From positions 10,054 to 74,053 of the forward strand of contig JAVBLD010000033.1 in the NCBI GenBank assembly GCA_031553705.1: a stretch of 64,000 nucleotides of DNA, given 5' to 3'. The first letter of the stretch is position 1. Every line of letters begins with the position of its first letter. The translations under genes were made by a program, and so were the position numbers. The notes beneath the pieces are model-generated. The model was given only the letters and a program-made list of their open reading frames with translations. It searched no databases and was not told the DNA's origin. This DNA is from Marinifilaceae bacterium. Lineage in GTDB: Bacteria > Bacteroidota > Bacteroidia > Bacteroidales > Marinifilaceae. Of the stretch, positions 9,053 through 19,802 are shown in pieces.

Positions 9053-11488
9053 ATGAGTAAAGGTGTAAATAATTTTCTGCATAGTGGAATGGAGGCTGAG
9101 ATTACAACCGACGAATTGCAAGAGATCGCATGTATAGGGTGGTGTAAGATCAATTTTACAAAGAAATACGCCATATTTTCTGATTTCGTTGTAAAATCGT
9201 TGGATTTAGAGAGTAATGTATTGTGTTTTCATGGTGTGCCTGATTTTATACAAAAAGATCATATAGGGCAACTAAAGGAGCGTTTTTTAAAATTTGCAGA
9301 AAATGACCTTTTTACCGGTTTTGACGAGGTATGTCAGTTGAATACGGTTGACGGATATCGCTGGATACACTATAGAATCAGAAACAAACATGTTGACGAG
9401 AACGGTTGCTTGATTGCTTTAGGATATATTCAGTTTATTGATGAGGAGTTGTTTAAATGTTATGCAGACAAGAAAGAGAAAACCGGTCCAGGTAATCTGT
9501 TCAAAGAGTGGAATAACATCTCCCAGTTGTTGTTGGGGTTATTAAGGCCATTGGATACCGCTAATATTGTCAATAATATCCTAATGGAATTGCTGAAGCA
9601 GTTCGGGGGCGACCGTGTATATATATTCGAATTCGACTGGAACAAACGAACTCATAGCTGTATATATGAGGTGACAAAAGAGCATATCAGTGAAGAAATG
9701 AGTCTTTTACAGGGGATAAAAGTGAGCGATACATTGTGGTGGTCGACCCAATTACAAAATTGCAAGCCAATAATTCTCAATACATTGGATGATCTGCCTC
9801 CGGTTGCGAGTTATGACAAACAGATTTTAGAAGAACAAGGTATAGTCTCCTTGATGGCGGTGCCGTTACTTTCCGAAAACGGAACATGGGGATATATGGG
9901 AATAGATATTGTAGATAAACCATATACATGGAGCAGTGAGGACTATGAGCGCTTGGTGTCGTTGTCTACGATTATCAGTATCTGTTTGCAATTGCGGAAA
10001 TCGGAGAAATATGCCAATGAGGAAAAATCCTATTTCGAAAACCTATATCAAAATATGCCTATAGGGTATATACGTATCAAACTGTTACGAGACGGGAAAA
10101 AGGACTTGGTCGGTTATGAGTTTATGGATATGAATCCTGTTTTCGAAAAGATGGCAGGAATTCAATATAATCAGTTGACAGATATTCAGGTAAGTGCTAT
10201 TTTGGCGTATTTTGACATTGACCAATCGGATTTTATGAATATATTCGATTGCCAATGTGTCAGAGAAAAAGATGTGGAGATACATTCGACACAACAAAAT
10301 TATCACATCCTGTTCTGCTCTCCCGAACGGGATATTGTGGTTATTCTTCTGTCGGACATGACTAATATGGTGAAAGCAAACAGAGCATTACATGTGAATG
10401 AATCCCGCTTACAAACCATATATAATAATATTCCTGTCGGAATCTCTATTTATGACCGGGATGGATATATGCTGGATATAAACGAGATGAATTGCGGCAT
10501 ATTCGGTTATGAGACTAAGTCGGATGCAATAGGAAAAAATATATTCGATATCCCGGATATAACCGAGGAACAAAAAAATGTATTAAGAAAGGGTGGATGC
10601 ATCAGCTTTGATATAAACTATGTTACTTCGGAAAGAAGGATTGCTTTTTTTCATGGTAAATCCGGTGATGTTAAGAACTTGAGTATTAAAATAACAGCTC
10701 TTTATGATGCTAGCAACAGCCTGGATAGTTATCTGTTGCTCGTTATCGATAATACAGAGTCATTACATTTACTGAATGAAGCCAAGTTGAAAGCCGAAGA
10801 ATCGGAACGATTGAAATCAGCTTTTTTGGCCAATATGAGTCACGAAATCAGAACTCCGTTAAATGCGATAATCGGCTTCTCGGATTTGCTGGTAGAAGAT
10901 AGTTCGTTAGAAGAGAGGACACAATATATGGCCATCATACAGCGGAATAATCAACTTTTGCTGCAAATAATCAATGATATACTGGATTTTTCAAAACTTG
11001 AAGCGGGCGTGATTGAAGTGTATGAAGGAGAGGTTGATGTAAATGATATCTGTTATGAACTGATTCAGATATTTAAAATGAAAGCTCCTGAAAATATAAG
11101 TATTCATTTTTGCGATCACATGTCGATGTGTGTGATACAGAGCGACAGAAACCGTATCATACAGGTGCTTTCAAACTTCTTAAGTAATGCATTGAAATTC
11201 ACTTCCGAAGGCGAAATCAGACTTGGGTATATAGTGGAAAAGAATGAGATTGAATTTTTCGTTCATGATACCGGAATGGGCATTCCGCCGGAACATTTGG
11301 AATCAGTTTTCGAACGCTTTGTCAAGTTGAACAATTTTGCCGACGGGGTAGGATTGGGGCTCCCGATTTGTAAAAGTATGGTAGAGCGGATGGGAGGCCG
11401 TATCGGCGTAGAATCGGAAGTCGGGGTAGGATCCTTTTTCTGGTTTACGTTGCCCTATCGTCCGATTTTAGCAACATTGACGGTGTAA
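9053..11488 (+). CDS. soluble GAF/PAS-domain sensor histidine kinase, paralog of 3293-5179
   Basis: H-box SHEIRTPLNAI, plus NALKFT, DTGMGI and GVGLGLPI. The kinase core and the N-terminal IGW...F.D motif domain are clearly similar to the other kinase. A TATTTTTG box sits at 9012-9019. Confidence 0.85.
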   Translation: MSKGVNNFLHSGMEAEITTDELQEIACIGWCKINFTKKYAIFSDFVVKSLDLESNVLCFHGVPDFIQKDHIGQLKERFLKFAENDLFTGFDEVCQLNTVDGYRWIHYRIRNKHVDENGCLIALGYIQFIDEELFKCYADKKEKTGPGNLFKEWNNISQLLLGLLRPLDTANIVNNILMELLKQFGGDRVYIFEFDWNKRTHSCIYEVTKEHISEEMSLLQGIKVSDTLWWSTQLQNCKPIILNTLDDLPPVASYDKQILEEQGIVSLMAVPLLSENGTWGYMGIDIVDKPYTWSSEDYERLVSLSTIISICLQLRKSEKYANEEKSYFENLYQNMPIGYIRIKLLRDGKKDLVGYEFMDMNPVFEKMAGIQYNQLTDIQVSAILAYFDIDQSDFMNIFDCQCVREKDVEIHSTQQNYHILFCSPERDIVVILLSDMTNMVKANRALHVNESRLQTIYNNIPVGISIYDRDGYMLDINEMNCGIFGYETKSDAIGKNIFDIPDITEEQKNVLRKGGCISFDINYVTSERRIAFFHGKSGDVKNLSIKITALYDASNSLDSYLLLVIDNTESLHLLNEAKLKAEESERLKSAFLANMSHEIRTPLNAIIGFSDLLVEDSSLEERTQYMAIIQRNNQLLLQIINDILDFSKLEAGVIEVYEGEVDVNDICYELIQIFKMKAPENISIHFCDHMSMCVIQSDRNRIIQVLSNFLSNALKFTSEGEIRLGYIVEKNEIEFFVHDTGMGIPPEHLESVFERFVKLNNFADGVGLGLPICKSMVERMGGRIGVESEVGVGSFFWFTLPYRPILATLTV

Positions 11489-11528
11489 GAATCGTATCAC
11501 GATAAAACCGATACGTAACTGAAAGTAA

Positions 11529-12188
11529 ATGACAATGATCCGGGTTATTGATGCGCGTCACTCTATTTACAACCATTTCGTAGCCGAACTGCGGGATAAA
11601 CATATTCAAACCGATCGTTTGAGATTTCGCCAGAACTTGGAACGGCTCGGAGAAATTATGGCCTATGAAATCAGTAAAACATTCAGTTATTCTCCTAAGA
11701 CGATTTTTACTCCTATAAATCCCGTGGATGTAATGTTGTCCGGGGAGAGAGTTGTCGTTGCTTCTGTATTGCGGGCGGGGTTGCCTTTCCATCAAGGATT
11801 CCTCAGTTATTTTGATCATTCCGAGAGTGCTTTTATTTCGGCCCGGAGGGTGTACGATGGTATAAATGGTTTTGATGTCTGTTATGATTCAATTTATACC
11901 CCTTCGTTGGAAGGGAAGCAGTTATTACTGGTCGATCCGATGCTTGCAACCGGTACCTCAATCATGATAGCTTACCGTGAGTTATTGAAGCAAGGAGGTC
12001 TTCCGGCCTACACTCATATTGCTGCTATTTTGGCCAGTCAGCAAGGCTTGGACTATATTGCCGGCATGCTGAAAGGTGAACCGGTGACTATTTGGGTAGG
12101 AACCGTGGATAAATATTTGACTTCTAAATCATATATAGATCCGGGAATTGGGGATGTCGGCGATTTGGCTTTCGGAGAAAAATTATAG
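11529..12188 (+). CDS. upp: uracil phosphoribosyltransferase
   Basis: PRPP-binding loop LLVDPMLATGTS and a C-terminal YI.PG.GDVGDLAFGEK ending. The 219-aa length fits. Confidence 0.9.
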   Translation: MTMIRVIDARHSIYNHFVAELRDKHIQTDRLRFRQNLERLGEIMAYEISKTFSYSPKTIFTPINPVDVMLSGERVVVASVLRAGLPFHQGFLSYFDHSESAFISARRVYDGINGFDVCYDSIYTPSLEGKQLLLVDPMLATGTSIMIAYRELLKQGGLPAYTHIAAILASQQGLDYIAGMLKGEPVTIWVGTVDKYLTSKSYIDPGIGDVGDLAFGEKL

Positions 12189-12348
12189 TATACTTTCGGT
12201 TTAAGTGGAATATATTCTACGAAGATAAAGATAGGGAGATGTATAAAATTCATAATTTAGAATCTCTTTTGAATTCTCTGCTTTTTGTTAGATTGTTTTT
12301 ATCATTTATTTGTTCGTTTTTGGTTAAAAAAACGTACCTTTGAGGCTT

Positions 12349-12675
12349 ATGGAAGTGAACAGGTATCTGATAACGGCGTTATATGTCATGGCTGGTTGTG
12401 TTGTGACAATTCCTTTAAAGGCGCAGGAATATTCCGAACCCTTGAAAGGTGAGCGTTGTCGTCTGATTGTTTCCAACACTGTAAAAGCAATTTCGATATG
12501 TATTGATCGTAAGGTGCAGGAAGATATTCCTTGTTATTTACCTGCGATCTGTTTTTTTTCTGCAAAGACTGCTATTACTAGTGCTTCTTTCCTTTCTTTT
12601 GTGAAGCCGGTCCGGTTTGAATCGAAAATTCGCTGCTATATCTCTCAGAAAATCAGGGCACCGGAGATAGAGTAA
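12349..12675 (+). CDS. hypothetical small Cys-rich lipoprotein (doubtful)
   Basis: Its ATG lies just downstream of a TACCTTTG box (12335-12342). The N-terminus MEVNRYLITALYVMAGC resembles a lipoprotein signal. I recognise no family, and the ORF contains a hairpin plus a T8 run. Confidence 0.3.
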   Translation: MEVNRYLITALYVMAGCVVTIPLKAQEYSEPLKGERCRLIVSNTVKAISICIDRKVQEDIPCYLPAICFFSAKTAITSASFLSFVKPVRFESKIRCYISQKIRAPEIE

Positions 12676-12797
12676 AAACCTCTCGGCTAAAACTGTTACG
12701 CACATGTTGATGCTTGGTACCTGATTTATCCGGATCGGCGTTAGAATGGTGATGTGTACATTAATATAAAAATAAAGAGTTTTACAAATTAATATAT

Positions 12798-15700
12798 ATG
12801 GGTCTTAACGATATTTTGAAAAAACTGTTCGGAAATAAGGCGGACAGAGATATGAAAGAATTGCTTCCGATTGTGACAAAGGTAAACGGAGAGTGGGAAA
12901 AAATCAAAGCATACAGCAATGATGAATTGAGAGCGGCTTCTTCCGAAATGAGGGCGCAAGTGCGGAGTTTTATTCAACCGGAAGAAGAAGAGATTACTGC
13001 TTTAAAACTAAAAATTGAGGAAGAGAAACCATCAATCGAAGAGCGGGAGAATATTTATGCTCAGATAGATAAACTGGAAGAAACCATTGATAAAAAAGTG
13101 GAAGAGGTATTAACAGAGATTCTTCCGAGAGCTTTTGCTGTGATGAAAGAGACTGCAAAGCGTTATACCGAGAATGAAGAGATCAAAGTGAAGGCCACAC
13201 AGTTTGACCGGGATTTGGCTGTAACACACGATTTTGTGGAGATAGAAGGAGATTCTGCTATTTATTTTAACTCTTGGGTCGCCGGAGGAAATGAAATCAG
13301 ATGGGATATGATCCATTATGATGTGCAGCTGATCGGAGGATCTGTTTTACATCAGGGAAAGATTGCAGAGATGGCTACCGGTGAAGGTAAAACGCTGGTA
13401 GCCACATTGCCGGTATTTTTAAATGCGTTGAGCGGACGAGGCGTTCATGTTGTGACGGTCAATGATTATCTGGCTAAGCGTGACTCAGAGTGGATGGGAC
13501 CTTTATATATGTTTCACGGACTTTCCGTGGATTGTATAGATAAGCACCAACCGAATTCGCCGCAGCGGAGAGCGGCTTATATGGCTGATATTACTTTTGG
13601 TACGAACAATGAGTTCGGTTTTGATTACCTGAGGGATAACATGGCCATAAACCCGGAAGATCTGGTACAGCGTAAGCACAATTACGCTATTGTCGATGAG
13701 GTTGACTCAGTGTTGATTGATGATGCCCGTACGCCATTGATTATTGCCGGTCCGGTGCCGAAAGGAGAGATTCAGATGTTTGACGAATATAAGCCGCGTG
13801 TGGAACGATTGGTAAAGATGCAACGCGAGCTTGTAACAAAGATATTTAATGAGGCTAAGGTGCTTTTGACGAGCGATGACCCGAAGAAAAAGCGGGAAGG
13901 AGGCATATTATTACTGAGAGCTTACAAAGGACTTCCGAAGTATAATCCGCTGATCAAATTTTTAAGTGAGCAAGGGAATAAAGCGGCCTTGTTAAAGACA
14001 GAGAATGAATTTATGCAGGAGAACAGCCGTAGGATGCCTGAAATTACCGATCCGCTGTACTTTGTGATCGATGAAAAACAAAATTCAATCGACCTGACGG
14101 ATAAAGGACATGATACGATTACGGCTGCCGGGGAAGATCCGAAGTTTTTTATTTTACCGGATATCGGTTCTGAAATCGCAGAGATCGAAAAACAGGTAAA
14201 AGATGACCGGGAGAAATTGCATAGAAAAGATGAACTGGTCCAATCCTATGCCGTGAAATCGGAGCGTGTACATACTGTAAATCAATTATTGAAGGCCTAT
14301 ACGCTGTTTGAATTGGATGTGGAGTATGTAGTGATCGATAATAAGGTGAAGATTGTAGATGAACAGACCGGACGTATTATGGAAGGCCGTCGTTATTCGG
14401 ACGGGCTGCACCAAGCAATCGAGGCTAAGGAAAATGTGAAGGTGGAAGCGGCTACACAAACGTTTGCCACTATTACATTACAGAATTACTTCCGTATGTA
14501 TCACAAGCTGGCAGGTATGACCGGTACGGCGGAAACCGAAGCGGGAGAGCTCTGGGATATCTATAAGCTGGATGTTGTGGTTATCCCTACAAACCGTCCG
14601 ATTATCCGAATAGATACCAATGATTATGTATATAAAACCAAGCGCGAAAAATATAATGCGGTAATCGAGGAGATCACCAAGCTGGTGGGAGCAGGACGGC
14701 CGGTATTGGTCGGTACAACTTCAGTAGAGGTTTCCGAATTATTAAGCCGTATGTTGAAAATGCGTAACATACCGCATAATGTATTGAATGCAAAATTACA
14801 CCAAAAAGAGGCGGATATTGTGGCAGAGGCTGGTCAGAGAGGAGTAGTAACAATTGCAACCAATATGGCAGGTCGTGGTACGGACATAAAGTTAAGTCCG
14901 GAAGTAAAAGCTGCCGGAGGTTTGGCAATTATCGGTACGGAACGTCATGAGTCGCGTCGGGTAGACCGCCAGTTGCGCGGTCGTTCCGGACGTCAGGGTG
15001 ACCCGGGATCTTCCCAGTTCTTTGTTTCGTTGGAGGACGATCTGATGCGTCTGTTCAGTTCGGAACGTATCATTCGGGTAATGGATCGTTTAGGGCATGA
15101 AGAGGGGGATGTGATCCAGCATTCGATGATTACCAAATCAATCGAGCGTGCACAGAAAAAGGTGGAAGAGAATAACTTTGGCATTCGTAAACGTTTGTTG
15201 GAGTATGACGATGTGATGAACTCGCAACGTACGGTTATTTATAAACAGCGCCGGAATGCTTTGCTGGGAGAGCGTATCGGAGTGGCAGTGGCTAACAATA
15301 CGTATGATGTTTGCGAAGCGATAGTTGAAGAATATTTACCGGTAAATGATCCCGAAGGCTTTAAATTGGAAGTACTGAGGGTGTTGTCGGTCGATTTTAG
15401 CATTGATCCTTTGGAATTCCAGAAGATGAATGCCAGAGATTTAACAGAAGAATTATACCAGCAAGTCCGGGAGACATATCAGCGTAAGACAGAATATATT
15501 GGACAACAAGCTTATCCGGTGATTAAAAATGTATTTGAAACACGGGGTGAAATGTTTAAAAATATTGTGGTTCCGTTTACCGATGGTCAGAAAATGTACA
15601 ATGTTGTGACCAATCTGGAAAAGGCATATCGCACCGGCGGGGAAGATTTGATGCGTTCTTATGAGAAAGCAGTTATCCTTGCTCACATTGATGACTCTTG

Positions 15701-16094
15701 GAAAGAGCATCTACGGGAGATGGACGATTTGAAACAGTCGGTACAGAATGCTACTTATGAACAAAAAGACCCGTTATTGATATATAAATTTGAATCATTC
15801 AACCTATTCAAAGCGATGGTTGAAAAAGTCAATAAGGGAATGGTGTCCACGTTGATGAAAGCCCAAATCCCGATGCAGGAGCCGGAGCAGGTAAGAGAGG
15901 CTGAAATGCGCCGTACCGATTTAAGTAGAATGCGTGAAAGCCGCACCGAACGTACCGAAGCACAAGCAGCCGGTGAAGCGGTGAGCCGGCAGCAACAAAA
16001 ACAGCCGGTACGGGTCGGCCCGAAGGTAGGACGTAATGATCCTTGCCCTTGCGGAAGCGGAAAGAAATATAAAAATTGTCATGGACAAGAGTAA
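12798..16094 (+). CDS. secA: preprotein translocase ATPase SecA
   Basis: 1098 aa. Motor motifs [14 protein letters not shown] and [19 protein letters not shown], and the C-terminal zinc-binding tail [14 protein letters not shown]. Confidence 0.97.
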   Translation: MGLNDILKKLFGNKADRDMKELLPIVTKVNGEWEKIKAYSNDELRAASSEMRAQVRSFIQPEEEEITALKLKIEEEKPSIEERENIYAQIDKLEETIDKKVEEVLTEILPRAFAVMKETAKRYTENEEIKVKATQFDRDLAVTHDFVEIEGDSAIYFNSWVAGGNEIRWDMIHYDVQLIGGSVLHQGKIAEMATGEGKTLVATLPVFLNALSGRGVHVVTVNDYLAKRDSEWMGPLYMFHGLSVDCIDKHQPNSPQRRAAYMADITFGTNNEFGFDYLRDNMAINPEDLVQRKHNYAIVDEVDSVLIDDARTPLIIAGPVPKGEIQMFDEYKPRVERLVKMQRELVTKIFNEAKVLLTSDDPKKKREGGILLLRAYKGLPKYNPLIKFLSEQGNKAALLKTENEFMQENSRRMPEITDPLYFVIDEKQNSIDLTDKGHDTITAAGEDPKFFILPDIGSEIAEIEKQVKDDREKLHRKDELVQSYAVKSERVHTVNQLLKAYTLFELDVEYVVIDNKVKIVDEQTGRIMEGRRYSDGLHQAIEAKENVKVEAATQTFATITLQNYFRMYHKLAGMTGTAETEAGELWDIYKLDVVVIPTNRPIIRIDTNDYVYKTKREKYNAVIEEITKLVGAGRPVLVGTTSVEVSELLSRMLKMRNIPHNVLNAKLHQKEADIVAEAGQRGVVTIATNMAGRGTDIKLSPEVKAAGGLAIIGTERHESRRVDRQLRGRSGRQGDPGSSQFFVSLEDDLMRLFSSERIIRVMDRLGHEEGDVIQHSMITKSIERAQKKVEENNFGIRKRLLEYDDVMNSQRTVIYKQRRNALLGERIGVAVANNTYDVCEAIVEEYLPVNDPEGFKLEVLRVLSVDFSIDPLEFQKMNARDLTEELYQQVRETYQRKTEYIGQQAYPVIKNVFETRGEMFKNIVVPFTDGQKMYNVVTNLEKAYRTGGEDLMRSYEKAVILAHIDDSWKEHLREMDDLKQSVQNATYEQKDPLLIYKFESFNLFKAMVEKVNKGMVSTLMKAQIPMQEPEQVREAEMRRTDLSRMRESRTERTEAQAAGEAVSRQQQKQPVRVGPKVGRNDPCPCGSGKKYKNCHGQE

Positions 16095-16098
16095 AAAG

Positions 16099-16149
16099 AA
16101 GAGGTTCGGGAAGAGTTTGTAGACAGACAAAACTCTTTTCGAACCTCTT
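16099..16149 (+). terminator. intrinsic terminator after secA
   Basis: AAGAGGTTCGGGAAGAGTTT (16099-16118) pairs with AAACTCTTTTCGAACCTCTT (16130-16149), giving a 20-bp stem with two G-U pairs, followed by a T-rich tail. Confidence 0.7.
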
Positions 16150-16173
16150 TTAATTTAAAACCTGAATCTAATA

Positions 16174-17028
16174 ATGTTATCGCTTTTTATCAATTGGGAT
16201 GTTTCCCCGGAAATATTTAATATTGGAGGGATTTCTATCCGTTACTACGGTTTACTTTTTGCTTTAGCTTTCATTTGCGGATACAAAGTGGAAGAAAAGA
16301 TGTTTAAGTCGGAAGGGTTAAGTCAGGCTTGGCTGGACAAATTATGGATATATGTGGCGATAGCTACGCTTATCGGCGCACGGCTAGGACATTGCCTGTT
16401 TTATGATTGGGCTTATTATAGTGCCCATCCGATAGAGATGATACTGCCGGTTCGTTTTTCTCCGGAATTTAAGTTTACCGGTTATCAGGGATTGGCTAGT
16501 CACGGTGCGGCTATCGGGATTATCGCCGGATTATGGTACTATTCCAAAAAGATTAGTAAAAAATCTATTTTCTGGATTCTTGACCGTGCAGTAGTACCTA
16601 TTGCATTAGCCGGCTTCTTTATTCGTATGGGAAATTTGATGAATTCGGAAATCATAGGCTTGCCGACAAACTTGCCATGGGGATTCCGATTTGTAAACTC
16701 CGGTGTCGACGATCCGATGACTCCACGTCATCCTGCCCAACTTTATGAAGCATTTTGCTATCTGATCAGTTTTGGTGTACTGATGTATCTGTACTGGAAA
16801 ACAGATGCGAAAAGCAAACAAGGATTCTTATTCGGGATGTTTCTGATCCTGATCTTTACAGCCCGCTTTTTTATCGAATTTGTGAAAGAAAACCAGGAGG
16901 CTTTCGAAGCAAATATGGCTTTGAATATGGGACAGTTATTGAGTATACCTTTTGTATTGATCGGAATTTATATGCTGTTTTATAGCCGAAAGCATATAGA
17001 TGTACAGAAGGTAAAAGGTAAAAAATAG
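16174..17028 (+). CDS. lgt: prolipoprotein diacylglyceryl transferase
   Basis: 284-aa polytopic membrane protein. The N-terminus ..I.W.V.PEIF.IG...IRYYGL.FA and GLASHGAAIG are typical of Lgt. Confidence 0.9.
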   Translation: MLSLFINWDVSPEIFNIGGISIRYYGLLFALAFICGYKVEEKMFKSEGLSQAWLDKLWIYVAIATLIGARLGHCLFYDWAYYSAHPIEMILPVRFSPEFKFTGYQGLASHGAAIGIIAGLWYYSKKISKKSIFWILDRAVVPIALAGFFIRMGNLMNSEIIGLPTNLPWGFRFVNSGVDDPMTPRHPAQLYEAFCYLISFGVLMYLYWKTDAKSKQGFLFGMFLILIFTARFFIEFVKENQEAFEANMALNMGQLLSIPFVLIGIYMLFYSRKHIDVQKVKGKK

Positions 17029-17094
17029 AGCATACCAGTGAAGGTTTTACCAAAAATAATAGAGTCCAGAGGTTCCCTAAATTCCCAATAATAT

Positions 17095-17129
17095 AAAAAA
17101 GGGTTGTTCATGATAGACAACCCTTTTTT
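17095..17129. terminator. bidirectional terminator between convergent lgt and tkt
   Basis: AAAAAAGGGTTGT, a loop, then ACAACCCTTTTTT: a 7-bp GC core flanked by A6 on one side and T6 on the other. Confidence 0.7.
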
Positions 17130-17145
17130 ATATTCACATTGCATT

Positions 17146-19176
17146 TTATTTTTTCAATATATTACAAACCTCATTATAGATATGTTCGCCGATAAAACCG
17201 AACTTTTCGTCCAGTACTTTGGCCGGTGCCGAATAACCGAAATGGTTCACTCCGTATACAGTACCGTTGGAACCAACCAGGCCTTCAAGGGTTACTGAAA
17301 GTCCTGCCGTCAGACCGAATCTAGGTTTATTGTCCGGAATAATCTGTTGCTGGTATTGTTTGCTTTGTGTACGAAACAGCCCTTCAGAGATTACGGAAAC
17401 GACTTGTGACGTAATTCCTTTTCTCTCTTTCAATAGTTCTGCTACTTCGACCAATGTCGCAACTTCCGAACCGGAGGCAAGTAGAATCACGTCAGGATGG
17501 TCGCTGTTTTTTATTACGATATAGGCTCCTTTTTCTGCTTTTGTAGCTTCTTCGCGTCTGTTTTCGCCCGGAAGGTCTTTTAAATCCTGCCTGGATAGAA
17601 TCAAAGCAGTGGGAGTGGAGGTGTTTGCCATTGCCATTTTCCAGGCAACCGATGTTTCGGCTGTATCCGCCGGACGGAGAGCCAACAAGCTCATGTGACC
17701 GGAATGGTTCTTTGTTTTTTCCAGTAAGCGGATCTGCGCTTCGTGCTCGATCGGTTGATGAGTCGGGCCGTCTTCACCTACCCGGAAAGCATCATGACTC
17801 CACAGGTATTTTACAGGAAGCTCCATTAATGCGGAGAGACGGACTGCCGGCTTCATGTAATCGGAAAATACGAAGAAAGTACCGCAGGCCACAAAAATAC
17901 CGCCATGGAGAGCAATACCATTACAGATGGCAGCCATTGTAAATTCGCTCACTCCAGCTTGCAGGAATCCTCCGGTAAAATCTTCTTTCTTAAGAGCTTT
18001 GGCCCCCCCTTTGATAAAGCCATCGGTTTTATCTGAATTAGAAAGGTCTGCCGAGCATACAATCATATTTTCTACCCGTTTGGCCAGTTCGATTAAAACG
18101 TCCGATGAGGCTGCCCGGGTTGCAATATTTGCTTTATGCTGTATGGCTAAATAATCTATATCGGGAACCTTTCCAGATATAAATGTATGAAATTTTGCTG
18201 CTGATTCGGGATTGGCTTTCTCCCATGCCGCTTGTTCGGCTCTGCGTTTTTTTGCATAGGCATGTTTTTGGCTTGCTACCTCTGCATAATATGTCATTAC
18301 CTCTGGAAAAATAATGAACGGATTTTGTGGGTCGCCTCCCAGGTTTTCAATTGTTTTTTCGATGGATGCACCTGCGGCGCTTAAGGGTTGTCCGTGTGTA
18401 GAAACTTTATTCGAAAAATCTTCGTTGTTTGCTCCTACGGCGCCTTTTCCCATCAGGGTATGGCCGATAATCAAGGTTGGACGCTCTTTTTCAGCATTGG
18501 CCTGTTTTAGCGCCTGCCTGATCTCACTGACATTATTTCCGTTAATTGAGATTACATTCCAGTTCCATGACTCATATTTTTTTGCTGTATTTTCAATGGT
18601 GACTTCCTCTACTTTTGTGGACAACTGAACATTGTTTGCATCATAAAACATGATAAGATTGGAAAGGCCTAATGTTCCCGCGATACGTCCGGCTCCTTGC
18701 GAAATCTCTTCCTGGATACCTCCGTCAGAGATAAATGCATAGGTTTTATGCGACATCCATTCGCCGAAACGGGCAACCAGAAAGCGTTCCGCAATGGCAG
18801 CTCCGACAGCCATAGCGTGGCCCTGACCCAGAGGGCCGGAAGTATTCTCAATGCCGCGTTTTACATCAACTTCAGGATGACCCGGAGTACAGCTTCCCCA
18901 TTGGCGGAACTGTTTCAGGTCGTCCATATTATAGGTGCCAAACAGGCTCAATACGGCATATAGCATAGGCGACATATGGCCCGGATCTAAGAAAAAACGA
19001 TCCCGGTTTATCCAACACATATCGTCCGGATCAAAGTTTAAAAATTCAGAATAGAGAATATTGATAAAATCTGCTCCTCCCATAGCGCCTCCCGGATGTC
19101 CGGATTTCGCTTTTTCAACCATTGAGGCTGCAAGAATACGGATATTGTCCGCTGCTCTGTTTATGGTATTATCCAT
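17146..19176 (-). CDS. tkt: transketolase
   Basis: 676 aa with SGHPGGAMG, the TPP-binding region ISDGGIQEE..., and GEDGPTHQPIEH. Confidence 0.95.
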   Translation of the reverse strand: MDNTINRAADNIRILAASMVEKAKSGHPGGAMGGADFINILYSEFLNFDPDDMCWINRDRFFLDPGHMSPMLYAVLSLFGTYNMDDLKQFRQWGSCTPGHPEVDVKRGIENTSGPLGQGHAMAVGAAIAERFLVARFGEWMSHKTYAFISDGGIQEEISQGAGRIAGTLGLSNLIMFYDANNVQLSTKVEEVTIENTAKKYESWNWNVISINGNNVSEIRQALKQANAEKERPTLIIGHTLMGKGAVGANNEDFSNKVSTHGQPLSAAGASIEKTIENLGGDPQNPFIIFPEVMTYYAEVASQKHAYAKKRRAEQAAWEKANPESAAKFHTFISGKVPDIDYLAIQHKANIATRAASSDVLIELAKRVENMIVCSADLSNSDKTDGFIKGGAKALKKEDFTGGFLQAGVSEFTMAAICNGIALHGGIFVACGTFFVFSDYMKPAVRLSALMELPVKYLWSHDAFRVGEDGPTHQPIEHEAQIRLLEKTKNHSGHMSLLALRPADTAETSVAWKMAMANTSTPTALILSRQDLKDLPGENRREEATKAEKGAYIVIKNSDHPDVILLASGSEVATLVEVAELLKERKGITSQVVSVISEGLFRTQSKQYQQQIIPDNKPRFGLTAGLSVTLEGLVGSNGTVYGVNHFGYSAPAKVLDEKFGFIGEHIYNEVCNILKK

Positions 19177-19234
19177 GTCTATTTATTTTGAAATGTTTTA
19201 TTTTGCCGTGCAAAGCTAATAATAATAAAGGGAA

Positions 19235-19269
19235 TTATGAATTATGAGTTATGAATTATAAGTCATGAG
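19235..19269. repeat. five tandem copies of a degenerate heptamer
   Basis: TTATGAA TTATGAG TTATGAA TTATAAG TCATGAG. The array lies between the CYTH stop codon (19274) and the tkt start (19176). Confidence 0.8.
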
Positions 19270-19273
19270 CCCT

Positions 19274-19735
19274 TTATCCTTGTTCTTTTTTTATCAGTAT
19301 TGCATTATAATATTCCGGATTACCGGTAACCTCTTCACCTAACCATTCCGGTTTAGTAAATAACTCGTTTTCCGATCTTAACTCGATTTCCGCAATAATT
19401 AACCCGCTGTTTTTTCCATGAAACTCGTCCACTTCAAAGGTATGATTACCTGCTTTGATATAAAAACGGGTTTTGTCGATTAGACCTGGTTCGCAAATTT
19501 TTAACAGCTCTTCCGCTTCATGAAATGGGATCTCTTTTTCCCATTCATAACGGATTGTGCCGGAAGAGTTATTTTTTCCCTTGACCGTTATGTAGCCTTT
19601 GTCATCCTGCAACCGGATACGTACGGTACGTTCGGGAACAGAAGATAGGTATCCCTGAACGATTCGGACATTTCGTTCGGCAAAAATTTTGAATGTTCCT
19701 TTCACTAGAAACTTCCGTTCTATTTCCTGACTCAT
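19274..19735 (-). CDS. CYTH domain protein (CyaB/ThTPase-like triphosphate tunnel metalloenzyme)
   Basis: 153 aa with the N-terminal EIERKFLV signature and alternating charged beta-strand residues typical of CYTH. Confidence 0.8.
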   Translation of the reverse strand: MSQEIERKFLVKGTFKIFAERNVRIVQGYLSSVPERTVRIRLQDDKGYITVKGKNNSSGTIRYEWEKEIPFHEAEELLKICEPGLIDKTRFYIKAGNHTFEVDEFHGKNSGLIIAEIELRSENELFTKPEWLGEEVTGNPEYYNAILIKKEQG

Positions 19736-19802
19736 ATTGAAAGAATAAAAAATATAAAAGGTTTATTTTTTCCTGCCATCTGCTTCTTGTCACTTGCTCT
19801 TT

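Noticed and set aside
12189-12797. The upp-secA spacer considered as RNase P RNA, tmRNA, SRP RNA or a known riboswitch.
   Set aside because: I could not find the RNase P P4 sequences (GAGGAAAGTCC / ACAGAA..GGCTTA-like), a tmRNA tag reading frame and tRNA-like 3' end, the SRP GGAAGCAGCC-type motif, or a B12/TPP box on either strand. Only a generic 'possible structured RNA' remains, and that is reported as a low-interest finding.
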